Of a stretch of DNA of 23,746 bases, positions 1 to 8,972 are shown piece by piece. How positions within the stretch are numbered: the first letter of the stretch is position 1; every line of letters starts with the position of its first letter. The position numbers were made by a program, and so were the translations under genes. Below the pieces are notes generated by a model. The model was not told the DNA's origin. It saw only the letters and a list, made by a program, of their open reading frames with translations, and made no database searches. The stretch comes from a bacterium UBP2_UBA4780 (lineage in GTDB: Bacteria; Edwardsbacteria; AC1; EtOH8), in assembly GCA_002403115.1 (NCBI GenBank), contig DHHE01000213.1, forward strand, positions 835 to 24,580, read 5' to 3'.

Positions 1-879
1 CCCCACTACGTGGTCGACTGCCGGCGCGTCTTTCGGGGAAAGGTTATCGATTACTTCGTCAGCGAGTACCGGAACGGCCGGACGCCCAACCCCTGCGTGG
101 AGTGCAACCGGCACCTCAAGTTCGGATTTCTTCTGGACAAGGCGAGATCGCTGGGTTGCGAATGCCTGGCCACCGGGCACTATGCGCGCATAGTGGTCAG
201 GAAGGGCCGGCCCGCCCTGGCCCGCGGCGCCGACGAATCCAAGGACCAGTCCTACTTCCTCTGGCCGCTCACCCGCGCCCGGCTCAAGCATGTCCTCTTT
301 CCCCTGGGGGGGATGACCAAGCTCCAGGTCCGCGACCAGGCCAGCCGCCTAGGGCTGGCGGCCGCCAGCCGGCCGGAGAGCCAGGAGATCTGTTTCATAA
401 ACGGCCCGTACGCGGATTTTCTCAGGGGCCGCTTCGCCCCGGTGCCGGGGGACGTCGTGGACCCGGAAGGCCGGGTGCTGGGACGGCACAAGGGGATAGT
501 CCATTACACCGTCGGGCAGCGGGAGGGCCTGGGGATCGCCATCGGCCGGCCGCAGTACGTGCTGGGGATCGACGCCGGTAAAAACCGGATCACGGTGGGA
601 GACGGGCCGCTGCTGCGCTCGGCCGGATGCCTGGTCGGTGAGGTGAACTGGATCCTGCCGCGCCCGCGGAGGGCGGCCCGGTGCCTGGTGAGGCTCCGCC
701 ACCGGCACCCCGGGGCGCCGGCCTCAGTCAAAGCGCTATCAGGATATAGGGCCGAGATCATCTTCGACCAGCCGCAGAGGGCAGTGACCCCGGGACAGTC
801 GGCCGTCCTCTACCGGGGCGGACTGGTTTTGGGAGGGGGGGTCATCGGGCCGCCGAGGAAAAATCCCGTGGCCTCTTGA
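1..879 (+). CDS. mnmA: tRNA-specific 2-thiouridylase MnmA, 3' portion. The gene continues upstream of the window.
   Basis: Frame 1 is open from base 1. The translation (...RTPNPCVECNRHLKFGFLLDKA...CLATGHYARI...QSYFLWPL...EICFI...) matches the MnmA central and C-terminal domains. Stop TGA at 877-879. Confidence 0.8.
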   Translation, partial: PHYVVDCRRVFRGKVIDYFVSEYRNGRTPNPCVECNRHLKFGFLLDKARSLGCECLATGHYARIVVRKGRPALARGADESKDQSYFLWPLTRARLKHVLFPLGGMTKLQVRDQASRLGLAAASRPESQEICFINGPYADFLRGRFAPVPGDVVDPEGRVLGRHKGIVHYTVGQREGLGIAIGRPQYVLGIDAGKNRITVGDGPLLRSAGCLVGEVNWILPRPRRAARCLVRLRHRHPGAPASVKALSGYRAEIIFDQPQRAVTPGQSAVLYRGGLVLGGGVIGPPRKNPVAS

Positions 880-905
880 CAGGAAATTATTTTTTGGGTT
901 ATACT
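876..905 (+). promoter_or_regulatory. Sigma70-like promoter candidate: TTGACA (876-881), 18-nt spacer, TATACT (900-905). It overlaps the mnmA stop codon.
   Basis: Direct reading. The -35 is a perfect match and the -10 is 5/6. The spacer is AT-rich. Confidence 0.4.
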
Positions 906-930
906 TACGTCACTTCTGGGTTTATCACAA

Positions 931-957
931 GCCCTCAAGGGTTGTTGAGGGCTTTTT
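931..957 (+). terminator. Intrinsic terminator or attenuator hairpin. Stem GCCCTCAA (931-938) pairs with TTGAGGGC (945-952). Loop is GGGTTG. A TTTTT run follows (953-957).
   Basis: Perfect 8-bp GC-rich stem plus a U-tract. It lies 22 nt upstream of the rplM ATG and downstream of the promoter-like element. Confidence 0.6.
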
Positions 958-978
958 AGTCGCATTTCGGAGGACAGG

Positions 979-1407
979 ATGAGGAGCTACGTTGCCAAGA
1001 AGGGCGACATCGAGCACCGCTGGCACCTGGTGGACGCCAAGGGGAAATCGCTGGGGCGGCTGGCCACCAGGGTGGCCTGGCTGCTGCAGGGCAAGGGCAA
1101 GCCGCAGTACACCCCGCACGTCGACTGCGGGGACCACGTGGTGGTGGTCAACGCCAAGCAGATCAGGCTGACCGGCAACAAGGCGGACACCAAGAGGGCC
1201 TACCGCCACAGCGGCCACCAGAGCGGCCTGAGGACCATAGACTACGGGAAGCTGCTGGCCTCGAGGCCGGGGCAGGCCCTGAGGATGACGGTCAAAGGGA
1301 TGCTGCCTAAAACCAACCTGGGGCGCTTGATGGTGCGGAAGATGCACGTCTACGGCGGACCGGAGCATCCCCACGCCGCCCAGGACCCGAAGGCCCTGGA
1401 GATCTAG
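979..1407 (+). CDS. rplM: 50S ribosomal protein L13
   Basis: 142 aa. N-terminus MRSYVAKKGDIEHRWHLVDAKGKSLGRLAT is typical of L13. GGAGGA RBS at 969-974. Confidence 0.93.
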   Translation: MRSYVAKKGDIEHRWHLVDAKGKSLGRLATRVAWLLQGKGKPQYTPHVDCGDHVVVVNAKQIRLTGNKADTKRAYRHSGHQSGLRTIDYGKLLASRPGQALRMTVKGMLPKTNLGRLMVRKMHVYGGPEHPHAAQDPKALEI

Positions 1408-1455
1408 GCCGGTAACCGGACAATCAAACCACCCCAAAGGATACAAGGAGAAGGA

Positions 1456-1848
1456 ATGACCCAACAGCTTTTCAGGGCCACGGGCAAGCGCAAGTCATCG
1501 GTGGCCCAGGTGAGACTGAGCCCGGGCGAGGGCAAGTTCACGGTCAACAACCGGACCTGCGAGGACTATTTCTGCCGGCCGACCCTGGTGATGCTGGTCA
1601 AGCAGCCGCTGGAGCTGGTGGGCGGCACGGGCAAGTATGACATCTGGGCCAAGGTGGAGGGCGGAGGCATCGCCGGGCAGGCCGGGGCGGTCAAGCTGGG
1701 CATCTCCAGGGCCCTGCTGCTGGCCCAGGACGGCACCAGGCCGGCCCTGAAATCGGCCGGGCTGCTGACCAGGGACCCCCGGGAGAAGGAACGCAAGAAG
1801 TACGGCCAGAAGAAGGCCCGGAAGCGGTTCCAGTTCTCCAAGCGTTAA
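1456..1848 (+). CDS. rpsI: 30S ribosomal protein S9
   Basis: 130 aa ending ...KKARKRFQFSKR, the conserved S9 C-terminus. AAGGAG RBS. It follows rplM as in the conserved rplM-rpsI operon. Confidence 0.93.
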   Translation: MTQQLFRATGKRKSSVAQVRLSPGEGKFTVNNRTCEDYFCRPTLVMLVKQPLELVGGTGKYDIWAKVEGGGIAGQAGAVKLGISRALLLAQDGTRPALKSAGLLTRDPREKERKKYGQKKARKRFQFSKR

Positions 1849-2100
1849 ACCATCCTTGGCTTTTCAGTCAACGATGGAAACACCAATGCCAAACATCGAA
1901 ATCCGAAAAGACGGCCGGGCATTGGACCCTCAAGGGATCATGAAAGCAACAAAACCACATTCCACACGCCCGGATCACAAAGCCGTCGGTGGTGTCCCCG
2001 CCAAAGCGGGGATCCCGGAGGCTGACGGGCGGAGGCCTTCGCCGGAGGTCAGGACTGCAGGGCGGGGGGAAAACCAGAACAACTTAGGAGGTTCGGTCAC

Positions 2101-3093
2101 TTGGTAACCTACACCATCAAGGATCTGCTGGAGGCCGGCGTCCACTTCGGGCATCAGGCGCCGCGGTGGAATCCCAAGATGAAGAAATTCATCTTTGACG
2201 AGCGCGACGGAATCCACATCATCGACCTGCACAAGACCATGAAGTGCCTGGACGCGGCTTTGGCCCAGGTGCGGAAAACAGCCGAGGCCGGCGGCGAGTT
2301 CCTGTTCGTCGGCACCAAGCGCCAGGCCGCCGACCTGATCAAGGAGGAGTCCGAGCGCTGCGGCATGCACCACGTCAACGAGCGCTGGCTGGGCGGGATG
2401 CTGACCAACTTCGCCACCATCCAGAAGAGCGTGCGGCGTCTCAAGGACCTGGAGAAGACGGCCGAGGGCAGCTACCAGGGCTACACCAAGAAGGAGGCCC
2501 TGAAGCTGGAGCACGAGCGCGCCAAGATGGACAAGGTGCTGCGGGGGGTCAAGAACATGTACCGGCTCCCGGCCATGCTGTTCGTGGTGGACTGCAAGAA
2601 GGAGAAGCTGGCCATCGACGAGGCCCGGCGCCTGGACATCCCGGTGGTGGCCATGGTGGACACCAACATCGACCCGGACCCGATCACTTACCCCATCCCG
2701 GCCAACGACGACGCCCTGCGTTCCATCAAGCTGATATCTTACCTGGTGACCGAGGCCGTGCTGGAGGGCCGGGCCAAGTACCAGAAGGAGCAGGAGGCCG
2801 TCCAGCAGGACCAGAAGCCGGGGACCGAGGGCGCTCCCGGACGACCGGTGCGCCACCTCTCGGACCGCAAACCGCGCACTTCCCCGGGACGGGGCGAGCC
2901 GCGGCGCGGCGGGGGGGGCGACCGGGGGGGACCCAGGCGCGGCGGTGACAGGCCGCCGCCGCCGCGGGGATCAAGGCCCCCGGGGCCGCGACCGCCCAGG
3001 CCGGCGCCCGCCGCCGGACCCAAGCCCGAGACCAAGCCGGCCCCTCGGCCGGGCTCGGAGCAGGCCCCGGCCAAAGAACCGCCCAAGGAATAA
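2101..3093 (+). CDS. rpsB: 30S ribosomal protein S2 with a ~100-aa low-complexity R/G/P-rich C-terminal extension. TTG start.
   Basis: MVTYTIKDLLEAGVHFGHQAPRWNPKMKKFIF... is the S2 N-terminal signature. AGGAGG RBS at 2086-2091. The tail (residues ~235-330) is RGG, PRP and PPPP repeats. Confidence 0.9.
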   Translation: MVTYTIKDLLEAGVHFGHQAPRWNPKMKKFIFDERDGIHIIDLHKTMKCLDAALAQVRKTAEAGGEFLFVGTKRQAADLIKEESERCGMHHVNERWLGGMLTNFATIQKSVRRLKDLEKTAEGSYQGYTKKEALKLEHERAKMDKVLRGVKNMYRLPAMLFVVDCKKEKLAIDEARRLDIPVVAMVDTNIDPDPITYPIPANDDALRSIKLISYLVTEAVLEGRAKYQKEQEAVQQDQKPGTEGAPGRPVRHLSDRKPRTSPGRGEPRRGGGGDRGGPRRGGDRPPPPRGSRPPGPRPPRPAPAAGPKPETKPAPRPGSEQAPAKEPPKE

Positions 3094-3213
3094 ACAAAAA
3101 TACCAAATTCATCAGGAATCCAGGAATCCAGCAAACTCGGCCTGCCGGGTTAAGGCATTGGTTTTCCGGTATTCCATCGCACCCGGTTGTTCCGGGACAG
3201 GAGACAATCAGCC

Positions 3214-4041
<828 letters not shown>

Positions 4042-4051
4042 AAGCGAAAAC

Positions 4052-4078
4052 GCAAACCGGCCGGGACGGCCGGTTTGC
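4052..4078 (+). terminator. Perfect 12-bp hairpin GCAAACCGGCCG-gga-CGGCCGGTTTGC between tsf and pyrH. No U-tract, so it may be a terminator, attenuator or RNA-processing stem.
   Basis: Direct reading of the palindrome. It is followed by GGCAAAGG rather than a T run. Confidence 0.35.
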
Positions 4079-4132
4079 GGCAAAGGCAGCTCGAACGCCC
4101 GGCGCGGACCGGGGAACATCAACGTTCAAACA

Positions 4133-4855
4133 ATGGCAGACCCAGTTCCCATATTCAAGCGCGTTCTCCTCAAGCTTTCCGGCGAGGCCCTGGGCGGCGC
4201 CGACGGCCGGGGGGTGGAGGTCACGGCCCTGAGGGCGGTGGCCGACGAGGTGCTTTCGATAAAGGGGCTGGGCCTTTCCATTGGCATCGTGGTGGGGGGC
4301 GGCAACCTGATCCGCGGGGCAAAAATCGGAGACGAAGGCATCGTTCGGGTGGCCGCCGACCAGATGGGGATGCTGGGCACGGTCATCAACTCCATCGCCC
4401 TGCAGAGCATCATGGAATCGAAAGGCTGCCAGACCAGGGTGATGAGCGCCGCCGACATGCCCAAGTTCGCCGAGCCCTACATCCGGCGTCGGGCCCTGAG
4501 GCACCTGGACAAGGGGAGGGTGGTGATCATGGCCGCCGGCACCGGCAACCCCTACTTTTCCACCGACACCGCCGCCGCCCTGAGGGCGGTGGAGATCGGG
4601 GCCGAGGTCCTGCTCAAGGGCACCAAGGTCGACGGGGTCTACGACTCCGATCCCATGGTCAACAAGGGTGCGGTCAAGCACCGGGAGCTGACATACGAAC
4701 AGGTGCTGTCCCGGAAGCTGGGGGTGATGGACGCCACCGCCGTCTCGCTGTGCATGGAGAACCGGATGCCGATAATCGTCTTCAACCTCACCCGGCCAGG
4801 CACCCTGAGGCGGGTGGTGGAGGGCGAGCCGATGGGCACCATCGTCAAGGAGTAG
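4133..4855 (+). CDS. pyrH: Uridylate (UMP) kinase
   Basis: 240 aa. KRVLLKLSGEALGG is the amino-acid-kinase-fold N-terminus typical of PyrH. The conserved tsf-pyrH-frr order supports the call. Confidence 0.9.
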   Translation: MADPVPIFKRVLLKLSGEALGGADGRGVEVTALRAVADEVLSIKGLGLSIGIVVGGGNLIRGAKIGDEGIVRVAADQMGMLGTVINSIALQSIMESKGCQTRVMSAADMPKFAEPYIRRRALRHLDKGRVVIMAAGTGNPYFSTDTAAALRAVEIGAEVLLKGTKVDGVYDSDPMVNKGAVKHRELTYEQVLSRKLGVMDATAVSLCMENRMPIIVFNLTRPGTLRRVVEGEPMGTIVKE

Positions 4856-4859
4856 GCAA

Positions 4860-5417
4860 ATGCTGAACCAGGTGTACCAGGAGATGGAGCGCAAGATGGC
4901 CAGGGCGGCCGAGGCCCTAAAGGCCGAGTTCGCCGGCATCCGCACCGGCCGGGCCAACCCCGGCCTGCTGGAAGGGATCAAGGTCCAGAGCTACGGGTCC
5001 CTGGTGCCGCTCAACCAGGTGGCCGGCGTCTCGGTGCCCGAGCCCAGGCTGCTGGTGATCCAGCCCTGGGACAAGACGGCCCTGCCCGAGATCGAGAAGG
5101 CCATCCTCAAGTCCGAACTGGGGCTGACCCCGATGAACGACGGGCGGGTGATCCGCCTGCCCATCCCCACCCTGACCGAGGAGCGGCGCAAGGAGCTTTC
5201 CAGGTTGATCAAGAAAATGGCCGAGGACGGCAAGGTGGCGGTGCGCAACATCCGGCGGGAGGCCAACGACGAGGTCAAGAAGCTGGAGAAGGACAAGAAG
5301 ATCTCCGAGGACGATTCCAAGAAGGCGCTGGAGAAGACCCAGGAGCTGACCGACAAGGCCGTCAAGGGCATCGACGAAATCCTGACCAAGAAGGAAAAAG
5401 AGATCATGGAGGTATAG
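4860..5417 (+). CDS. frr: Ribosome recycling factor
   Basis: 185 aa matching the RRF family along its length (MLNQVYQEMERKMARAAEALKAEFAGIRTGRANPGLL...). AAGGAG RBS. Confidence 0.92.
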   Translation: MLNQVYQEMERKMARAAEALKAEFAGIRTGRANPGLLEGIKVQSYGSLVPLNQVAGVSVPEPRLLVIQPWDKTALPEIEKAILKSELGLTPMNDGRVIRLPIPTLTEERRKELSRLIKKMAEDGKVAVRNIRREANDEVKKLEKDKKISEDDSKKALEKTQELTDKAVKGIDEILTKKEKEIMEV

Positions 5418-5426
5418 GAGGGGGTC

Positions 5427-5594
5427 ATGCCACATGTCATCACCGAGGACTGCGTCTCCTGCGGCAGCTGCGTGGATTCCTGCCCCAACGGGGCCATCAT
5501 CGAGGGCGAGGACCGTTACGAGATAACCGACGACTGCGTGGACTGCGGGGCCTGCGTGGACAGCTGCCCGGTCAACGCCATCAAAGAGAACTGA
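5427..5594 (+). CDS. Small 2x[4Fe-4S] ferredoxin, 55 aa. It is absent from the ORF track because it is shorter than 60 aa.
   Basis: Hand translation gives MPHVITEDCVSCGSCVDSCPNGAIIEGEDRYEITDDCVDCGACVDSCPVNAIKEN with two CxxCxxCxxxCP motifs. A GGAGGGGG RBS sits immediately upstream. The gene fills the frr-uppS gap. Confidence 0.75.
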   Translation: MPHVITEDCVSCGSCVDSCPNGAIIEGEDRYEITDDCVDCGACVDSCPVNAIKEN

Positions 5595-5676
5595 GTCAAA
5601 AAACGGAACAAAACGGGCGCACTCCGACCGGCCGTGACCCAGGACAGGGGCCGGGGAGGAGGAGCGCTTTTCTCTT

Positions 5677-6426
5677 ATGGACAGCAAGACGTTTAAAGGA
5701 ATTAACATCCCGGGCGGAAAGGCGCTTCCGGACCTGCCCGTCCACGTCGCCGTCATCATGGACGGCAACGGCCGCTGGGCCAGAAAACGCGGCCTGCCCC
5801 GGCTGGCCGGGCACCGGGCCGGCGTCAGGGCGGTCAAGCGGATGGTCACCGCCTGCGGCGAGCTGGGCATAGGATACCTCACCATCTACGCATTCTCGGT
5901 GGAGAACTGGATGCGGCCCAAGGCCGAGGTGCGGGGGCTGATGAGGCTTTTGGGCGAGAGCGTCATCAAGGAGATAGACGAACTGGACGCCAAGGGGGTG
6001 AAGGTAGTGGTCAGCGGGAGGCTGGAGGACATCGAGCCCGCCGCCCGCAGGCTGTTAATGGACGGCGTGGCGCGGACGGCCGGCAACAGGGGTCTGGTCT
6101 TGAACCTGGCCCTGTCCTACGGAGGCCGGGCCGAGCTGGTGGACGCCTTCAGGGCCATGGCGGGCGATCTTTCCAGGGGCCGTCTCAAGACCGATGAAAT
6201 CGGCGAGGACACGGTGGGCCGGTACCTCTACCACCCCGAGATTCCGGACCCGGACCTGATCATTCGGACCTCGGGCGAACACCGGCTGTCCAACTTCCTT
6301 ATCTGGGAGAGCGCCTACTCGGAGATGTACTTCACCCGGGTGCTCTGGCCGGACTTCGACCGCAAAGAGCTGTTGGCTGCCCTGGAGGACTACCGGGGGC
6401 GGGAGCGGCGTTTTGGCAGGCTGTAG
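5677..6426 (+). CDS. uppS: Undecaprenyl-diphosphate synthase (cis-prenyltransferase)
   Basis: HVAVIMDGNGRWA, ...YLTIYAFSVENW... and ...RTSGEHRLSNFLIWESAYSE... are UppS signature blocks. Confidence 0.9.
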   Translation: MDSKTFKGINIPGGKALPDLPVHVAVIMDGNGRWARKRGLPRLAGHRAGVRAVKRMVTACGELGIGYLTIYAFSVENWMRPKAEVRGLMRLLGESVIKEIDELDAKGVKVVVSGRLEDIEPAARRLLMDGVARTAGNRGLVLNLALSYGGRAELVDAFRAMAGDLSRGRLKTDEIGEDTVGRYLYHPEIPDPDLIIRTSGEHRLSNFLIWESAYSEMYFTRVLWPDFDRKELLAALEDYRGRERRFGRL

Positions 6427-6456
6427 GCCTTTTATACATCAGGAAACCAGGAAGTC

Positions 6457-7305
6457 ATGAATTCAAAGGCTGATATGGATAGCGAAAGGCCGGGCCCAAA
6501 GGACGGCAGATTCAACACCCTTGGCGTGCGGGTGGCGGTGGCCGCCGCCGGGATCCCCCTGATGGCCGGGGCGGCCTGGCTGGGCGGCTGGTGGCTGTTC
6601 GCCCTGGTGCTGTCGCTGTCGCTTCTGGGCTACCGGGAATTCGCCAGGCTGGCCGACCCCGACGGCAGGCTGGCCCCGTGGCTCTGGGGGACGGCCGGGG
6701 TGCCGCTGGTCATTCTGTTCTTCCAATTGCCCGGATTCCCACCGGCGCTTGCTGCCTTATGGCTGTTGATGCTCTTGTCCCTTTGCCTGGTGCCCGGATT
6801 TCGGGACCCGGTCAAGGCCGCCTCCATGAGCTTTCTGGGACTGGCTTACGTCCCGTTCCTGCTGGGCCACATAATCCTAATAAGAGGGTGCGACCCGGCG
6901 AAGGGGTTCTGGTTGCTAATGTGGACCATGGCCCTGGTCTGGATATGCGACACCGGGGCCTATGTCACCGGGATGCTTTTTGGAAAACATAAGCTGGCCC
7001 CGTCGGTCAGTCCAAATAAAACAATCGAGGGCCTGCTGGGCGGGGCGGTGGTCACCGTCGCCGCGGGCGTTGGCTTGGACGCCTGGTGGCGCCTGGGCTT
7101 CGGCCCTTGGCAGGCAATGGTTGTCGCGCTTTTGGCAACCGTATCCGGCACCCTGGGCGACCTGGTGGAATCAAAGCTGAAACGGGCGGCCGGGGCCAAG
7201 GACTCGGGGTCCCTGCTGCCCGGCCACGGCGGGGTGCTGGACCGGTTCGACAGCATGATGTTCGCCGTTCCGGTGGTATATTGGTATATTAAGATAGTTT
7301 TATGA
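6457..7305 (+). CDS. cdsA: Phosphatidate cytidylyltransferase (CDP-diglyceride synthase)
   Basis: Polytopic membrane protein with the CdsA C-terminal signature KLKRAAGAKDSGSLLPGHGGVLDRFDSMMF. It follows uppS as in the conserved uppS-cdsA pair. Confidence 0.88.
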   Translation: MNSKADMDSERPGPKDGRFNTLGVRVAVAAAGIPLMAGAAWLGGWWLFALVLSLSLLGYREFARLADPDGRLAPWLWGTAGVPLVILFFQLPGFPPALAALWLLMLLSLCLVPGFRDPVKAASMSFLGLAYVPFLLGHIILIRGCDPAKGFWLLMWTMALVWICDTGAYVTGMLFGKHKLAPSVSPNKTIEGLLGGAVVTVAAGVGLDAWWRLGFGPWQAMVVALLATVSGTLGDLVESKLKRAAGAKDSGSLLPGHGGVLDRFDSMMFAVPVVYWYIKIVL

Positions 7306-8891
7306 TGTCCTCCTCCGACTTCCTGGTCATCGGCTCCGGCATCGCCGGCCTCTCCTTCGCCCTTAGGGCGGCCGGGAGGGGGACGGTGGTCATAATCACC
7401 AAGAAGGCCGAGACCGACTCCAACACCAACCTGGCCCAGGGCGGGGTGGCGGCGGTGGTGGGCCCGGACGACGATGTCCGCTCCCACGTCGAAGACACCA
7501 TCAGGGCCGGGTGCGGTCTCTCCAACCCTGAGGCGGTGGAGGCCATGGCCGCCGAGGGGCCGGAGCTTGTCAGAAATCTGATGGCTTTGGGGGTGGGATT
7601 CAGCCTGGGGCCGGACGGGGCCTTTGACCTGGGCCGGGAGGGAGGGCACTCGCACCGCCGCATCGTCCACGCCCGGGACTACACCGGTCGCGAGATCGAG
7701 CGGGCGCTGGTGGAGCGGGTCAGGGCCGACAAAAACGTCAGGATCCTGGAGCACCACCTGGCAGTAGACCTGATAATCGATCGGACCGGGGGCGCGGCCC
7801 GCTGCCGGGGGGCCTACGCGCTCAATCTCTCCACCCAGGGGATGGAGACCCATGCCGCCGGATGCGTCATGCTGGCGGCCGGGGGCATCGGCCAGGCCTA
7901 TCTTCACACCACCAATCCGCCCATCGCCACCGGAGACGGCATCGCCATGGCCTACCGGGCCGGGGCCACGGTGGCCAACATGGAGTTCGTCCAGTTCCAT
8001 CCCACTTCGCTCTACCAGCCGATGCCGGACAAGAGCGGCCGGGCATTCCTGATATCCGAAGCGGTGCGGGGCGAGGGCGGCGTCCTCCGCACTAAGGACG
8101 GCCGGGCCTTCATGTCCGACTACGACCAACGGCGGGAGATGGCGCCCCGGGACGTGGTGGCCCGGGCCATCGACTCCGAGCTAAAAGCCTCGGGCGAGCA
8201 CTGTGTCTTTCTGGACATCTCGTCTATCGGGCTGGAGCGCTTTCGATCAAGGTTTCCCAACATCCGCCAGGGGTGCGCCGAGCGGGGGGTGGATTTGGAA
8301 AGCATGAAAATACCGGTGGTGCCGGCCGCCCACTACATCTGCGGCGGGGTGAGGACCGATCTGTCGGGGCGCACCGACATCCGGGGGCTGTATGCGGCCG
8401 GGGAGACGGCCTGTCCCGGGGTTCACGGGGCCAACCGGCTGGCCTCTAACTCGCTTTTGGAGGCCCTGGTGTTCGCCCACCGGGCCGCCAGGGCCGCCGG
8501 CGAGGAGCTGGAGCCGTTGGGCGCGGTCCAGCCATGGGACTACGTGGGCTCGGTGCCCAGCCGGGAAAGGGTGGTGGTCAGCCACAACCGGCAGAGCATC
8601 CGCCGGCTGATGGGCGACTACGTCGGGGTGATGCGCAACGACGAGCGATTGAACCGGGCCGGACAGCGGCTGGGGGTCATCGAGCAGGAGATCAGCGACT
8701 ACTACTGGCGCTACCGGGTGGCCGAGGAGCTGGCCGAACTGCGCAACATCTCGACGGTGGCCAGGCTGGTGATCGAGTGCGCCTCGGAACGGAAGGAATC
8801 AAGGGGCCTGCACTACAACCAGGACCACCCGCGTCCCGACGACCGGGAATGGAGGCGCGACAGCCTGATCCGAAGGAAGGGCGGCGGATGA
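7302..8891 (+). CDS. nadB: L-aspartate oxidase (FAD-dependent)
   Basis: 529 aa. GSGIAGL FAD-binding motif. Fumarate-reductase/SDH-flavoprotein fold. No N-terminal covalent-FAD His block (the block of the RSHTVAAQGG type). Its ATG overlaps the cdsA stop (ATGA). Confidence 0.82.
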   Translation: MMSSSDFLVIGSGIAGLSFALRAAGRGTVVIITKKAETDSNTNLAQGGVAAVVGPDDDVRSHVEDTIRAGCGLSNPEAVEAMAAEGPELVRNLMALGVGFSLGPDGAFDLGREGGHSHRRIVHARDYTGREIERALVERVRADKNVRILEHHLAVDLIIDRTGGAARCRGAYALNLSTQGMETHAAGCVMLAAGGIGQAYLHTTNPPIATGDGIAMAYRAGATVANMEFVQFHPTSLYQPMPDKSGRAFLISEAVRGEGGVLRTKDGRAFMSDYDQRREMAPRDVVARAIDSELKASGEHCVFLDISSIGLERFRSRFPNIRQGCAERGVDLESMKIPVVPAAHYICGGVRTDLSGRTDIRGLYAAGETACPGVHGANRLASNSLLEALVFAHRAARAAGEELEPLGAVQPWDYVGSVPSRERVVVSHNRQSIRRLMGDYVGVMRNDERLNRAGQRLGVIEQEISDYYWRYRVAEELAELRNISTVARLVIECASERKESRGLHYNQDHPRPDDREWRRDSLIRRKGGG

Positions 8892-8972
8892 TGGAACCGG
8901 AACCGGAAAGCTGGAATCGAAGACCAAAAACGGATATCGGAAGCTGAGGCCAAAAACGGAGGCCGATTATGC

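Noticed and set aside
1856-2107. 83-aa ORF in the rpsI-rpsB spacer
   Set aside because: TTG start without an RBS. Compositionally unlike neighbouring genes. Overlaps the rpsB RBS and start. More plausibly a non-coding leader region.
3187-3213. Upstream TTG start for tsf (ORF-track coordinate 3187)
   Set aside because: EF-Ts proteins begin at the MSxxTxxxIKxLR motif. ATG 3214 has a GGAG RBS, and the extra 9 residues (MFRDRRQSA) are not conserved-looking.
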